Source: Candidatus Binatia bacterium
GTDB taxonomy: Bacteria > Desulfobacterota > Binatia > HRBIN30
DNA length: 64,000 nt
Direction of reading: 5' to 3'
Assembly: GCA_038245295.1 (NCBI GenBank)
Contig: JBBRSP010000027.1
Location: 19,539 to 83,538 of the forward strand
Made by a program: the position numbers and the translations under genes. Each line of letters opens with the position of its first letter. Position 1 is the stretch's first letter. Below the pieces are notes generated by a model. It was not told the DNA's origin. It searched no databases and worked only from the letters and a program-made list of their open reading frames with translations. Below, piece by piece: positions 55,717 through 64,000 of the stretch.

Positions 55717-56706
55717 ATGACCATCCTGCTGGCCCCGATGGATGGTTTGCTCGACTCGGCGTTGCGCGACATTCTGACGCGCAGCGGCGGCATTGATCGT
55801 TGCGGCTCGGAGTTCATTCGTGTCAGCGGAACCCTCCTGCCGGAGCGGGTGTTCACGCGCGCTGTCCCTGAGTTGGAACATGGCAGCCGCACTCCGTCGG
55901 GAGTTCCGGTGCGGCCACAACTACTCGGCTCGGATCCCGGGTGTATGGCGGAGAATGCGGCGCGCCTGGCGACGCTGGCACCGGCCGGCATCGACTTGAA
56001 TTTCGGCTGCCCGGCGAAGACCGTGAACCGCCATCGTGGCGGTGCCGTGCTGCTGGATGAACCGGAGCTCATCGCCGCACTCGTCGGCGCCGTGCGCCGC
56101 GCGGTGCCCGCAGATGTACCAATCTCCGCCAAGATGCGTCTCGGCTTCCATGACGATTCGCGCGCCCTCGAGTGTGCGCACGCGATCGCCGACAACGGCG
56201 CCGAAGAGTTGGTCGTACACGCGCGCACGAAGGCGCAAGGGTATCGCCCCCCCGCCTACTGGGAACGTATCGGCGATATCCGCGCCGCAGTGCACATCCC
56301 GGTGTTCGCCAACGGCGAGATCTGGACCGCTGCCGACGCCGCACGCTGCCGTGAAGTGTCGGGGTGCGCCGACCTCATGTTGGGTCGCGGCTTGGTCAGC
56401 AATCCTGGCCTCGCTCTGGCCATCGCGATGCCTGGGCACGCTGGGTTGTCGTGGCGCGACCTGCTGCCGCTGCTCGCCGACTTCTGGCATCTGGTTGTGG
56501 TTCGCACTTCACCCGGAGCGCGAGCCGGGCGAATGAAGCAGTGGCTCAGGTACTTGAGCCGGGGCCATCCGGAAGCTGCCGTGTTGTTCGCTGCCGTACA
56601 GGGGATTGATGAGCCGCTGCTGTTTCAAGAGTACCTTTTTGGCGCCTGCGATGCTCTCGCGAGCCCGGCGGAGGCCGTGAGCCGCGCGGTTCAGACCGCG
56701 GCGTGA
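55717..56706 (+). CDS. dusC: tRNA-dihydrouridine synthase (DusC-like)
   Basis: LAPMDG, QLLG, DLNFGCPAK, SAKMRLG, VHART, ANGEI, MLGRG. Confidence 0.88.
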   Translation: MTILLAPMDGLLDSALRDILTRSGGIDRCGSEFIRVSGTLLPERVFTRAVPELEHGSRTPSGVPVRPQLLGSDPGCMAENAARLATLAPAGIDLNFGCPAKTVNRHRGGAVLLDEPELIAALVGAVRRAVPADVPISAKMRLGFHDDSRALECAHAIADNGAEELVVHARTKAQGYRPPAYWERIGDIRAAVHIPVFANGEIWTAADAARCREVSGCADLMLGRGLVSNPGLALAIAMPGHAGLSWRDLLPLLADFWHLVVVRTSPGARAGRMKQWLRYLSRGHPEAAVLFAAVQGIDEPLLFQEYLFGACDALASPAEAVSRAVQTAA

Positions 56707-56885
56707 CGCGGAGGTGACCGCCGCGCACAGCATCGCACGGCGGAGGTGGCGACGTAGCGCCGGTTCACCGGGCGGTTCCCGAACCGCGCCAACCCTTGGG
56801 GCTTGTCGCGCACACGGCTTGGGGCACTTCCCCCAACGCTGCGGTGGCGAGTGCTTCGAATGCCGGCGCATCGGCAAATTGAGGT

Positions 56886-56901
56886 TGGCCGGTCTCTTGC
56901 T
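56886..56901 (+). promoter_or_regulatory. Candidate sigma-54 promoter
   Basis: TGGCCGGTCTCTTGCT, about 70 bp upstream of the 131-aa gene. Confidence 0.55.
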
Positions 56902-56972
56902 CTCTATCCAGTCGAACCGTCGAGTCCACCAAGTGGCGGCAGGTTCAGAATACTTCTCTGGAGGAGAACGAC

Positions 56973-57368
56973 ATGACACGACGCATTCGAAGACTCGGCA
57001 AGACCATCGTACTCGCCGCCCTGGCTGCCTTGGCAATCGGCAGCGGCAACCTCGCCACTCCGGCCTTCGCCTCTGGTGGATCGGGCGGTGGGGGCAGCAC
57101 CGTCAAGGTCGACACGATCAAGGTCAGCAAATGCTACTGGGACGCCGGCACCGGCCAGATGTTGATCAAGGCCGCCAGCTCGGATCCGTTGGCGCATTTG
57201 TACGTGTACCGTCCCGACGGCACCTACCAGGGGGAAGCGCAGAACGGCGGCGGCAGTCGTTACGGCGGTACGTTTATGGGTTGGATCTTCTACAACCCGA
57301 CCTTCATGGTGATCCTGAGCAGCTCGGGCGGCAGCATCAACGCACCGACAACGCCGTTTCAGCCCTGA
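56973..57368 (+). CDS. Hypothetical secreted protein (131 aa)
   Basis: GGAGG RBS; signal peptide ending PAFA, Gly/Ser linker, small beta-rich domain. Confidence 0.75.
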   Translation: MTRRIRRLGKTIVLAALAALAIGSGNLATPAFASGGSGGGGSTVKVDTIKVSKCYWDAGTGQMLIKAASSDPLAHLYVYRPDGTYQGEAQNGGGSRYGGTFMGWIFYNPTFMVILSSSGGSINAPTTPFQP

Positions 57369-57462
57369 GCTATCGGTGGTCCACAGGGCGTCGGGTCGGT
57401 CCGTGGACGTTAGTCCGACGACCGACGTCTCTTGGCTCGTTCCCCACTCGAGAATGCAAGCG

Positions 57463-57519
57463 CTCCCTCTCCCACTCCGAGCGGAATCCCAGCGTGTGGG
57501 AGAGGGTCGGGGTGAGGGT
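57463..57519. repeat. REP-like hairpin of the same family as 50195-50446
   Basis: CCCTCTCCCAC...GTGGGAGAGGGTCGGGGTGAGGG. Confidence 0.7.
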
Positions 57520-57543
57520 GCGTTGCCATGTTGTTCACCCACG

Positions 57544-58032
57544 TCACTGCACGACGACCTGGCCGGTTACGACGATGTCACCGACGGTCCTGAGGTCGAG
57601 TGATGGAAGCGCGAATGCACCTGAAAAGCCTTTCAGGCTGGGAGCAGTGCTCGCCAGTGCATCGCAGTTCGCAGGGTGGCCGGTGACGGAATAGGGTGCT
57701 CCGGTGGTCGGATCGACAATCTCTAGCCCGTTTTGACCGTTGGCATTGAGCACAACCGCCTCAGCCGTCCCTGTCGTAGCCAACGATGTCGACGGAGTTC
57801 CGCGGTCCATGATGCCGTCCGTATCGGTGCAGAAGAGGGCCGGGCAGATTCTGATGTGTGTGCCGATCGCAAGCGTGTTGAGGAAGAGCGCAGAACCGCG
57901 AGGCCCGGAGCCCGACAGTTGCTGTTGCACGGCGCCCGGCGCCGTTGCTCCGCCGCCTGAATCCTGCGTCACGGACGTGTCGATACCCTGCACACTATCG
58001 GGACCACAGGCGATGAACCCGTTTGCCGACAT
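57544..58032 (-). CDS. Hypothetical protein, possibly the C-terminal remnant of a larger surface protein (start uncertain)
   Basis: Gly/Thr/Ser-rich, Cys-containing, extracellular-like composition without a signal peptide. The longer 58209 start would overlap the ilv leader. Confidence 0.45.
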   Translation of the reverse strand: MSANGFIACGPDSVQGIDTSVTQDSGGGATAPGAVQQQLSGSGPRGSALFLNTLAIGTHIRICPALFCTDTDGIMDRGTPSTSLATTGTAEAVVLNANGQNGLEIVDPTTGAPYSVTGHPANCDALASTAPSLKGFSGAFALPSLDLRTVGDIVVTGQVVVQ

Positions 58033-58148
58033 GAAGCGAGGTCCTGTCACAACCTTTGGTTCAGTGTTTGGGCGGTTCGCGGACCGCCACAATGTCAGGG
58101 ATGGAGTCGCCGGTCCACAAACGTGGAGAAGAGCGGACGACCCGACAC

Positions 58149-58178
58149 TTGCCTGCGTTACGCCGCTCAGAGTAAGCT
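58149..58178 (+). promoter_or_regulatory. Candidate sigma-70 promoter of the ilv leader
   Basis: TTGCCT-18 nt-TAAGCT, 9 nt before the leader ATG. Confidence 0.45.
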
Positions 58179-58187
58179 GCGCCGCAA

Positions 58188-58271
58188 ATGTCCCCCGTTG
58201 AGCGCGCACCCGAACTGCTTCCGGTCATTCTCGTAGTACTCGTACGCGTAGTCGAGGCCGTCGCGCTTTAA
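58188..58271 (+). CDS. ilvBN attenuation leader peptide, 27 aa (not in ORF track)
   Basis: MSPVERAPELLPVILVVLVRVVEAVAL; four GTA Val codons; followed by a terminator. Confidence 0.85.
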   Translation: MSPVERAPELLPVILVVLVRVVEAVAL

Positions 58272-58293
58272 CGGGAATCAACGTTCAACTTTG

Positions 58294-58334
58294 AAACCCC
58301 TGTCGGCGCGAAGGCCGGCGGGGGTTTTTTGTTT
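58294..58334 (+). terminator. Attenuator (intrinsic terminator) upstream of ilvB
   Basis: AAACCCCTGTCGGC-GCGAAG-GCCGGCGGGGGTTTTTTGTTT. Confidence 0.85.
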
Positions 58335-58393
58335 CTAGACCCCGCCGTCCATCGCCCGCGCAGGGAGCCGCTCCAGAAAGGAAGGCCCTCGCG

Positions 58394-60079
58394 ATGAAAA
58401 CCAATGGCGCACAACTGACCATGACGCTGCTCGAGCGCCAGGGCATCACGACGATCCCCGGGATCCCGGGCGGCGCCAGCCTGCCGCTGTACGACGCCTT
58501 ACGCACCAGCTCGATCCGTCACGTTCTGGCGCGTCACGAGCAAGGCGCCGGGTTCATGGCGCAGGGCATGGCACGCGTCAGCGGCCGCCCGGCGGTGTGT
58601 TTCGGCACCTCGGGCCCCGGCGCAACGAACCTGCTAACGGCAATCGCTGATGCGAAGCTCGACTCGATTCCCTTGATCGCCATCACCGGCCAGGTGCCGC
58701 TAGCGATGATCGGCACCGACGCCTTCCAGGAGATCGACACCTACGGGCTGACGATCCCGATCACCAAGCACAACTTCCTCGTGCGCTCGGCGGCAGAGTT
58801 GCTCGAGGTCATCCCGGACGCGTTCCGTATCGCCAGCTCGGGGCGCCCCGGTCCGGTCGTTATAGACATTCCCAAAGATGTCCAGAATGCGTCGATTGAT
58901 GTCGCCGCGCTCCCAGAGGCAGGGAAGCCCGATCCCGCACCGGCGTTCGATGCCACCGACATCGCGAGTGCGGCCGAGCTCATCAATCGGGCGCAACGGC
59001 CGGTGCTCCTCACCGGCGCCGGAATCATCGCGTCCGATGCGGCGCTTGATCTGCGGCGCCTCGCTGACAAGGCGGCAATCCCGGTTGCGGCGACGTTGCT
59101 TGGCCTGGGGGCGCTACCGCACGACCACCCGCTGTTCCTCGGCATGATCGGTATGCATGCGGCGCGCTTCACAAATTTGCTGCTGGAAGAATGCGACCTG
59201 CTGATCGGCCTCGGCATCCGTTTCGATGACCGGGCCACCGGGAAGGTTGCGGAGTTCTGCCCAAACGCCAAGATTCTCCATATTGATATCGACCCGAGTG
59301 AGCTCGGGAAGATCAAACAGCCGAGCCTTGGGATCGTCGCCGATGTCGGCGAGGCGCTGCGCGCCTTGTTGCAGCGCGTCGAGGCGACACCGCGCGGCGA
59401 ATGGGTCAAGCGCATGGCGACCCTGCGGGCCCAGCATCCGCTCGTTATGCCGGGCGTCGACGACCCGTTGCGTCCGTACGGAATTATTCGCCACACCGCG
59501 GCGCTGTTGCCGGAGGACAGCATCATCACGACCGATGTCGGCCAACACCAGATGTGGGCGGCGCAGGCCTATCCGCTGACCCGATCACGCCAGTGGCTGA
59601 CTTCCGGAGGGCTGGGGACGATGGGATTCGGTTTACCGGCGGCCATCGGTGCGGCCTTGGCCGAGCCATCAAAAACCGTCGTGTGCTTCAGCGGCGATGG
59701 GAGTCTGCTCATGAACATCCAGGAGCTGGCGACGGCTGCCGAGGAGAACGTCAACGTCAAAGTGATCCTGCTGAACAATGCCCACCTCGGGCTGGTCCGG
59801 CAGCAGCAGCAACTGTTCTACGGCGGCCGCGTCCACGCATCGCGCTTCCGCGCCCAACCTGACTTCGCCGCAATCGCGCGCGGCTTCGGCATCGAGGCCT
59901 ACGATCTTGGAAAGGAGGAGCATCTGTTGGCAACACTCGAACGAGCTCTCACCGAACCGGGGCCGTGTTTGATCAACGTGCCGATCGCGGTCGATGAGAA
60001 CGTCTACCCCATGGTCGCGCCCGGCGGCGCCAATCGCGACATGATCGGAGGAGAGAGTCATGCCCATCAAGCCGTCTAA
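58394..60079 (+). CDS. ilvB: Acetolactate synthase large subunit
   Basis: [42 protein letters not shown]...NN. Confidence 0.95.
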   Translation: MKTNGAQLTMTLLERQGITTIPGIPGGASLPLYDALRTSSIRHVLARHEQGAGFMAQGMARVSGRPAVCFGTSGPGATNLLTAIADAKLDSIPLIAITGQVPLAMIGTDAFQEIDTYGLTIPITKHNFLVRSAAELLEVIPDAFRIASSGRPGPVVIDIPKDVQNASIDVAALPEAGKPDPAPAFDATDIASAAELINRAQRPVLLTGAGIIASDAALDLRRLADKAAIPVAATLLGLGALPHDHPLFLGMIGMHAARFTNLLLEECDLLIGLGIRFDDRATGKVAEFCPNAKILHIDIDPSELGKIKQPSLGIVADVGEALRALLQRVEATPRGEWVKRMATLRAQHPLVMPGVDDPLRPYGIIRHTAALLPEDSIITTDVGQHQMWAAQAYPLTRSRQWLTSGGLGTMGFGLPAAIGAALAEPSKTVVCFSGDGSLLMNIQELATAAEENVNVKVILLNNAHLGLVRQQQQLFYGGRVHASRFRAQPDFAAIARGFGIEAYDLGKEEHLLATLERALTEPGPCLINVPIAVDENVYPMVAPGGANRDMIGGESHAHQAV

Positions 60080-60380
60080 ATCCCTAGCGGGCCAGCCTGG
60101 TGGCGCTGTCCTGCGTTTGCGCGTGCGCAACCACCCGGGCGTGATGTCGCACGTCTGCGGCCTCTTCGCGCGCCGGGCCTTCAACGTCGAAGGCATCGTC
60201 TGCCTGCCCATCGGCGACGGCGCGCGTAGCGCGGTCCTGTTGTTGGTGAACGAGGACACGCGCCTCGAACAAATGATGCATCAGCTGCGTAAGCTCCAAG
60301 ATGTGATCGAGATCGAGCGGGCGCCGAACGGACGCGCCGCGTTCGCTGCGCTGGCGCGTTGCATGGAGGCGGAGGCTTAG
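60060..60380 (+). CDS. ilvN: Acetolactate synthase small regulatory subunit (short ACT, IlvN type)
   Basis: [25 protein letters not shown]...QLRKLQDV. Confidence 0.92.
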   Translation: MPIKPSKSLAGQPGGAVLRLRVRNHPGVMSHVCGLFARRAFNVEGIVCLPIGDGARSAVLLLVNEDTRLEQMMHQLRKLQDVIEIERAPNGRAAFAALARCMEAEA

Positions 60381-60422
60381 TACTATTCGGCACAAATGCG
60401 GTGACCTATCCGCAACCGCCCT

Positions 60423-60500
60423 CCGCAGTCTAAAGCCTGCGCCTACCGATCCGCTTTAGGGTGCGTACCCAGTCTGGTAGGCGCAGGCTTCAGCCTGCGG
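60423..60500. repeat. Inverted doublet of GTAG-type REPs (REPIN-like)
   Basis: CCGCAGTCTAAAGCCTGCGCCTACC / GGTAGGCGCAGGCTTCAGCCTGCGG. Confidence 0.75.
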
Positions 60501-60658
60501 CGCGTGAGTCGAATGCTTTCGAACAGCCGCGAGATACGTCGCCGAACTAATGAACCGGCGGCTTAGGTGAGGCTCAGGCTGAGGATGAGGTTAGTAGGAC
60601 GTCGTGCATCGGGGGTAGGGCGCAGTCAAGCTCCAACGCGCGTTGGCAATCCCCCCAC

Positions 60659-60702
60659 ACGTACGTCTTGTGGTTGACAGGCGTACGTATGGCCGATAGC
60701 GT
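60659..60702 (+). promoter_or_regulatory. Toxin-antitoxin promoter with two CGTACG palindromes
   Basis: TTGACA (60674)-17 nt-TAGCGT (60697); CGTACG at 60660 and 60682. Confidence 0.7.
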
Positions 60703-60708
60703 TGACGC

Positions 60709-60936
60709 ATGGCTGTCACCGCATCGACTCTTCGGCAGAACATCTATCGTATCCTCGACGAGGTGCTTGAAACGGGGGTTCCTGTCGACATCGTTCGCCG
60801 CCGGCAGCGGCTAAGAATCAGCGCTGTCTCGGCTGGAGAGAACAAGCTGGAGCGATTGAAGCAACGGCCGAAGGTTCTCACCGGCGATCCGCAGGAGTTG
60901 GTACATATCGACTGGTCGAAGGAGTGGAAGCCCTGA
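60709..60936 (+). CDS. Phd/YefM-like antitoxin
   Basis: TASTLRQNIYRILDEVLETGVPV; overlaps the PIN-domain gene. Confidence 0.85.
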   Translation: MAVTASTLRQNIYRILDEVLETGVPVDIVRRRQRLRISAVSAGENKLERLKQRPKVLTGDPQELVHIDWSKEWKP

Positions 60937-61307
60937 CGTATCTCGACACACATGTCGTGGCGTGGCTCTACGCCGGCGAGATCGCCCTTCTGAGTCCGCG
61001 GGCCGTCAAGCTCATCAATACCGGCGAGTTAGGTATTTCGCCGATGGTGACGTTGGAGCTGCAGTACCTGCGCGAGATCGGCCGCCTGACGGTTAGGCCG
61101 CACGCGATTATCCAGGGTTTGACCGCACGCATCGGGTTGCAGGTCTGCGAAGGGACGTTCTCCGCGGTTGTCGATGCGGCGCTCGAGCAGACCTGGACGC
61201 GTGACCCGTTCGATCGCATGATCGTCGCCCAGGCTGCGCTAACCAAGAGCATGTTGATCACCAAAGACCAGACCATCAGGCGCCACTACCGGCTGGCGCG
61301 CTGGTAG
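60924..61307 (+). CDS. vapC: PIN-domain (VapC) toxin
   Basis: YLDTHV, E, RDPFDRMIVAQA, ITKD. Confidence 0.88.
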   Translation: MEALTYLDTHVVAWLYAGEIALLSPRAVKLINTGELGISPMVTLELQYLREIGRLTVRPHAIIQGLTARIGLQVCEGTFSAVVDAALEQTWTRDPFDRMIVAQAALTKSMLITKDQTIRRHYRLARW

Positions 61308-61314
61308 CGGGCTG

Positions 61315-62187
61315 ATGGAACGCCTGCCAGATAGGGCCGCAGTTCCAGCCGAAGGCCCGGCGCTGACCCCACCCGCACGTTACTTTCCGATCAAGCCGTC
61401 TGCCTTTCGCTTCCAGGCCGGGCTGTATCCGTTCGGTACCGACTTCGGGAATGGCGCGTTCGACCAGCTGTATTTTCAAATCGATGAACAGCGTTCCCAC
61501 TTTCTGCGCGAGAAGAGCCGCGTCGACCCCCACCGACACTTCGTGTCCGAGCGCACCCCGGAAGAGACGCTGGCGAATGCGCGCGTTTTGGACTGGATCC
61601 GTGAGACCTTGCGCGGCGAACATTCCGAGCTGTTCGCCGCGCCGCCGCGGACGCTGCGCGCCGTCGCCGCCGCCGTGCAGGAGGACCTGGTGATCACGTA
61701 CCGGCGCCACGATGACACCGACTCCGCCATTGCGGTCGACGTCTGCTTTCCCAGCGATTGGCGACCCGAACGGATCCGCGGCGCGGACTTTCGTTTCATC
61801 CACGGACCAGTGCCGGGTTTCGCCGATACCGAGGCGCAAGCGCGGTCGCTGGTCAGTGCCATGATCGATCGCGGTCCCTATGTCCGTTTTGTTTGGACAC
61901 TCAAGGCCGACGACATTCTCGATCACCACCCCGACAAGGTTTACCCGCAGTGGTCGGCGAACGGGCAGGGCTTCTTGCGTGTCGAGCGCCAGACGACGGT
62001 GCCGTTCCCTGATGTCAGCGCAGCTCTCTTTGTGATCCGCACCTACATCTACCCTTTTGCTTCGTTGATCGACGCTGAGCGCGAGGCGATTGGTCAGGCC
62101 GTCGAGACAATGCCCGACCCTGCGGCCGCGTATAAGGGTATTCTTGAACCCCGTGAGATCATCCTCGCGCTGTTGCGCGGGCGATAA
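61315..62187 (+). CDS. DUF3445-family (heme-dependent oxidative N-demethylase alpha-like) protein
   Basis: VQEDL...VCFPSDW...IHGPVP...RFVW...LRVERQT...LFVIRTY. Confidence 0.75.
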   Translation: MERLPDRAAVPAEGPALTPPARYFPIKPSAFRFQAGLYPFGTDFGNGAFDQLYFQIDEQRSHFLREKSRVDPHRHFVSERTPEETLANARVLDWIRETLRGEHSELFAAPPRTLRAVAAAVQEDLVITYRRHDDTDSAIAVDVCFPSDWRPERIRGADFRFIHGPVPGFADTEAQARSLVSAMIDRGPYVRFVWTLKADDILDHHPDKVYPQWSANGQGFLRVERQTTVPFPDVSAALFVIRTYIYPFASLIDAEREAIGQAVETMPDPAAAYKGILEPREIILALLRGR

Positions 62188-62262
62188 GCGGCTTTACGCC
62201 GCTCCCGAGTCGGGAGTAGAACCATCCTGACCGGCAGCACCACAACCCGCGAGGAGACACCT

Positions 62263-63783
62263 ATGGCCCGCTACGCTTACGATCGGCTCACCTTTCTCGA
62301 CGATTCGTTTCTCATCATGGAGAAGCCCAACACGCCGATGCACATCGCCGGAACGGCGACGTACGACGCGGCGCCGCTGTGTAGTGCCGACGGGAGTATC
62401 GATATCGATCGCATCCGCGCCTACATCGAGTCGCGCCTGCATCTGATCCCGCGTTATCGCCAGCGCCTGCACTGGAGCTGGTTCCATAACGGGCCGATCT
62501 GGGTCGACTACGAACACTTCAATATCCATTTCCATGTCCGCCACACGGCCTTGCCGAAGCCCGGCGACGCGCGTCAGCTCAAACGCCTGGCGGCGCGCAT
62601 CATGGCGCAACACCTCGATCGGTCGAAGCCTCTGTGGGAAATCTGGGTCGTCGAAGGGCTCGACGAGGGCAAACACGTCGCCATGATCAGCAAGATTCAC
62701 CACTGCATGGTCGACGGCGTTTCAAGCGTCGACCTGCTCAACGTGCTGCTGACGCCCTATCCTGTGGGATCGTTCGAGCCGGGGGAGACCTACATCCCGC
62801 GTCCGGCGCCGACCGATCTCGATCTCTTCTGGGAGGCCGCCGGCAATTTGGCCCGCCTGCCGTTCGAGATCGGCAACAATCTCACCAGCATCATCGAGCA
62901 GTCGAGTGACCCGCGCTCCGACCTGCGGGCCCGCCTGCGCGCTCTGCGCTCGATGCTTGGGACGGGTCTGACCGTCTCCGAGACGCCCCTCAACAAGGCG
63001 GTCGGACCACACCGGCGATTCGACTGGATGGACATGCAGCTCGATGACATCAAGGCCGTGAAGAATCGCCTCGGCGGCACGCTGAACGATGTTGTGCTGG
63101 CAACGGTGTGCGGCGCCGTGAGGCGTTTCCTCGAACGGCGACGTGTCAGTTGCGAGGCATTGGACTTCCGCGTCATGGCTCCCGTCAGTATGCGCACGCA
63201 AGACCAGCGCGGCACACTCGGCAACCGTGTGTCGGCCTGGATCGTGCCGATGCCGCTCGACGAACGTGATGCGACACGCCGCCTCGCACGCATCCGCGCC
63301 ACAACCGAGGAGCTCAAGGAAAGCAAGCAGGCTCTCGGCGCCGAAGCCCTTGCCGCGGTAGGGGAATGGACACCGTCGACTATCTTGTCGCTGGCGGCCG
63401 GCATGGCGACACGCGCTCTTCCGTTCAATCTCGTGGTGACCAATGTTCCCGGACCGCAGGTGCCGCTCTACATGCTCGGCGCCCGCATGCATGACAACTA
63501 CGGATTCATTCCACTCACCGACGGGCTGTGTCTCGGCATCGTGCTCTTCAGCTACGCCGGCAAACTATGCTGGGGCTTCACCTGCGAATGGGATCTGCTT
63601 CCGGACCTCCACGACTTCGTGCTCGACATCGAAGCCTCATTTCAGGAGTTACAGGCCGCCGCTGGAACACTCGAAGTGCGGCCTGTGACCGCGCCAGCGC
63701 CGGTGCATGTCGAGAAGCCCAAGCGTCCTCGACTCAAGAAGCGCATCAGCAGAGCAAACGGCGCTGCGGCCCACGCGCACTAG
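62263..63783 (+). CDS. Wax ester synthase/diacylglycerol acyltransferase (WS/DGAT)
   Basis: PMHI, LDRSKPLWE, KIHHCMVDG, TLNDV, TNVPGP. Confidence 0.92.
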   Translation: MARYAYDRLTFLDDSFLIMEKPNTPMHIAGTATYDAAPLCSADGSIDIDRIRAYIESRLHLIPRYRQRLHWSWFHNGPIWVDYEHFNIHFHVRHTALPKPGDARQLKRLAARIMAQHLDRSKPLWEIWVVEGLDEGKHVAMISKIHHCMVDGVSSVDLLNVLLTPYPVGSFEPGETYIPRPAPTDLDLFWEAAGNLARLPFEIGNNLTSIIEQSSDPRSDLRARLRALRSMLGTGLTVSETPLNKAVGPHRRFDWMDMQLDDIKAVKNRLGGTLNDVVLATVCGAVRRFLERRRVSCEALDFRVMAPVSMRTQDQRGTLGNRVSAWIVPMPLDERDATRRLARIRATTEELKESKQALGAEALAAVGEWTPSTILSLAAGMATRALPFNLVVTNVPGPQVPLYMLGARMHDNYGFIPLTDGLCLGIVLFSYAGKLCWGFTCEWDLLPDLHDFVLDIEASFQELQAAAGTLEVRPVTAPAPVHVEKPKRPRLKKRISRANGAAAHAH

Positions 63784-63802
63784 GCCAAGGGGCTGGAGCT
63801 TC

Positions 63803-64000
63803 GAGACTGTCGATAAACTGAAACGAAGCAACGTCATCCCGGCAAAAGAGTGTGTCGTAAAACTAATAGAGGTTTGAAGAAGTCGAGCGCGCGCGAGGCG
63901 TTTGCGACGAGAACGGGCGATCGTCGAGCGAGCACTTTTGCAAACCGGAGTTGAACTGAGCCGCTACGCGGCACGGCAGCGGCGCTTGCAGACTACCTTA
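63803..64000. mobile_element. Another GAGACTGTCG element, interrupted at its REP loop by a related end (GAGTGTGTCGTAAAA); incomplete at the window edge
   Basis: GAGACTGTCG...GCAACGTCATCCCGGC-AAAA-GAGTGTGTCGTAAAAC; matches the reverse complement of ~44690-44728. Confidence 0.65.

Overview
GC-rich bacterial chromosomal segment with about 50 genes. The gene repertoire and repeat style suggest a deltaproteobacteria-like lineage such as Ca. Binatia; this is inference only. Housekeeping genes: ilvE, recQ, dinB, guaB-guaA-dnaE-hflX, ndh, dusC, ilvBN. Lipid and CoA-ester metabolism: two WS/DGATs, acyl-CoA dehydrogenase, enoyl-CoA hydratase, acyl-CoA ligase and a thiolase/DUF35 operon. Also envelope proteins (DUF1800/DUF1501, OmpA, LTA-synthase-like, GT39-like, LolA-like) and two toxin-antitoxin pairs. 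No rRNA, tRNA, canonical CRISPR-Cas or intact transposase was seen. Most notable: (1) a family of ~160-bp elements with GAGACTGTCG ends that carry REP hairpins and sit inside each other's hairpin loops (44.5-44.9 kb and 63.8 kb); (2) a coupled operon of DUF35, a thiolase with Ser in place of the nucleophilic Cys, a truncated PaaK-like protein and a SnoaL-GNAT fusion; (3) a decayed integron at 53-55.3 kb with a frameshifted intI, an attC-bounded toxin-antitoxin cassette co-oriented with intI, a 42-bp-period repeat array and a pile of nested hairpins; (4) an NrdR-box-like palindrome upstream of guaBA-dnaE; (5) a Val/Leu/Ile leader-peptide attenuator for ilvBN that the ORF track missed. Family calls come from motif recognition by eye, not database searches.
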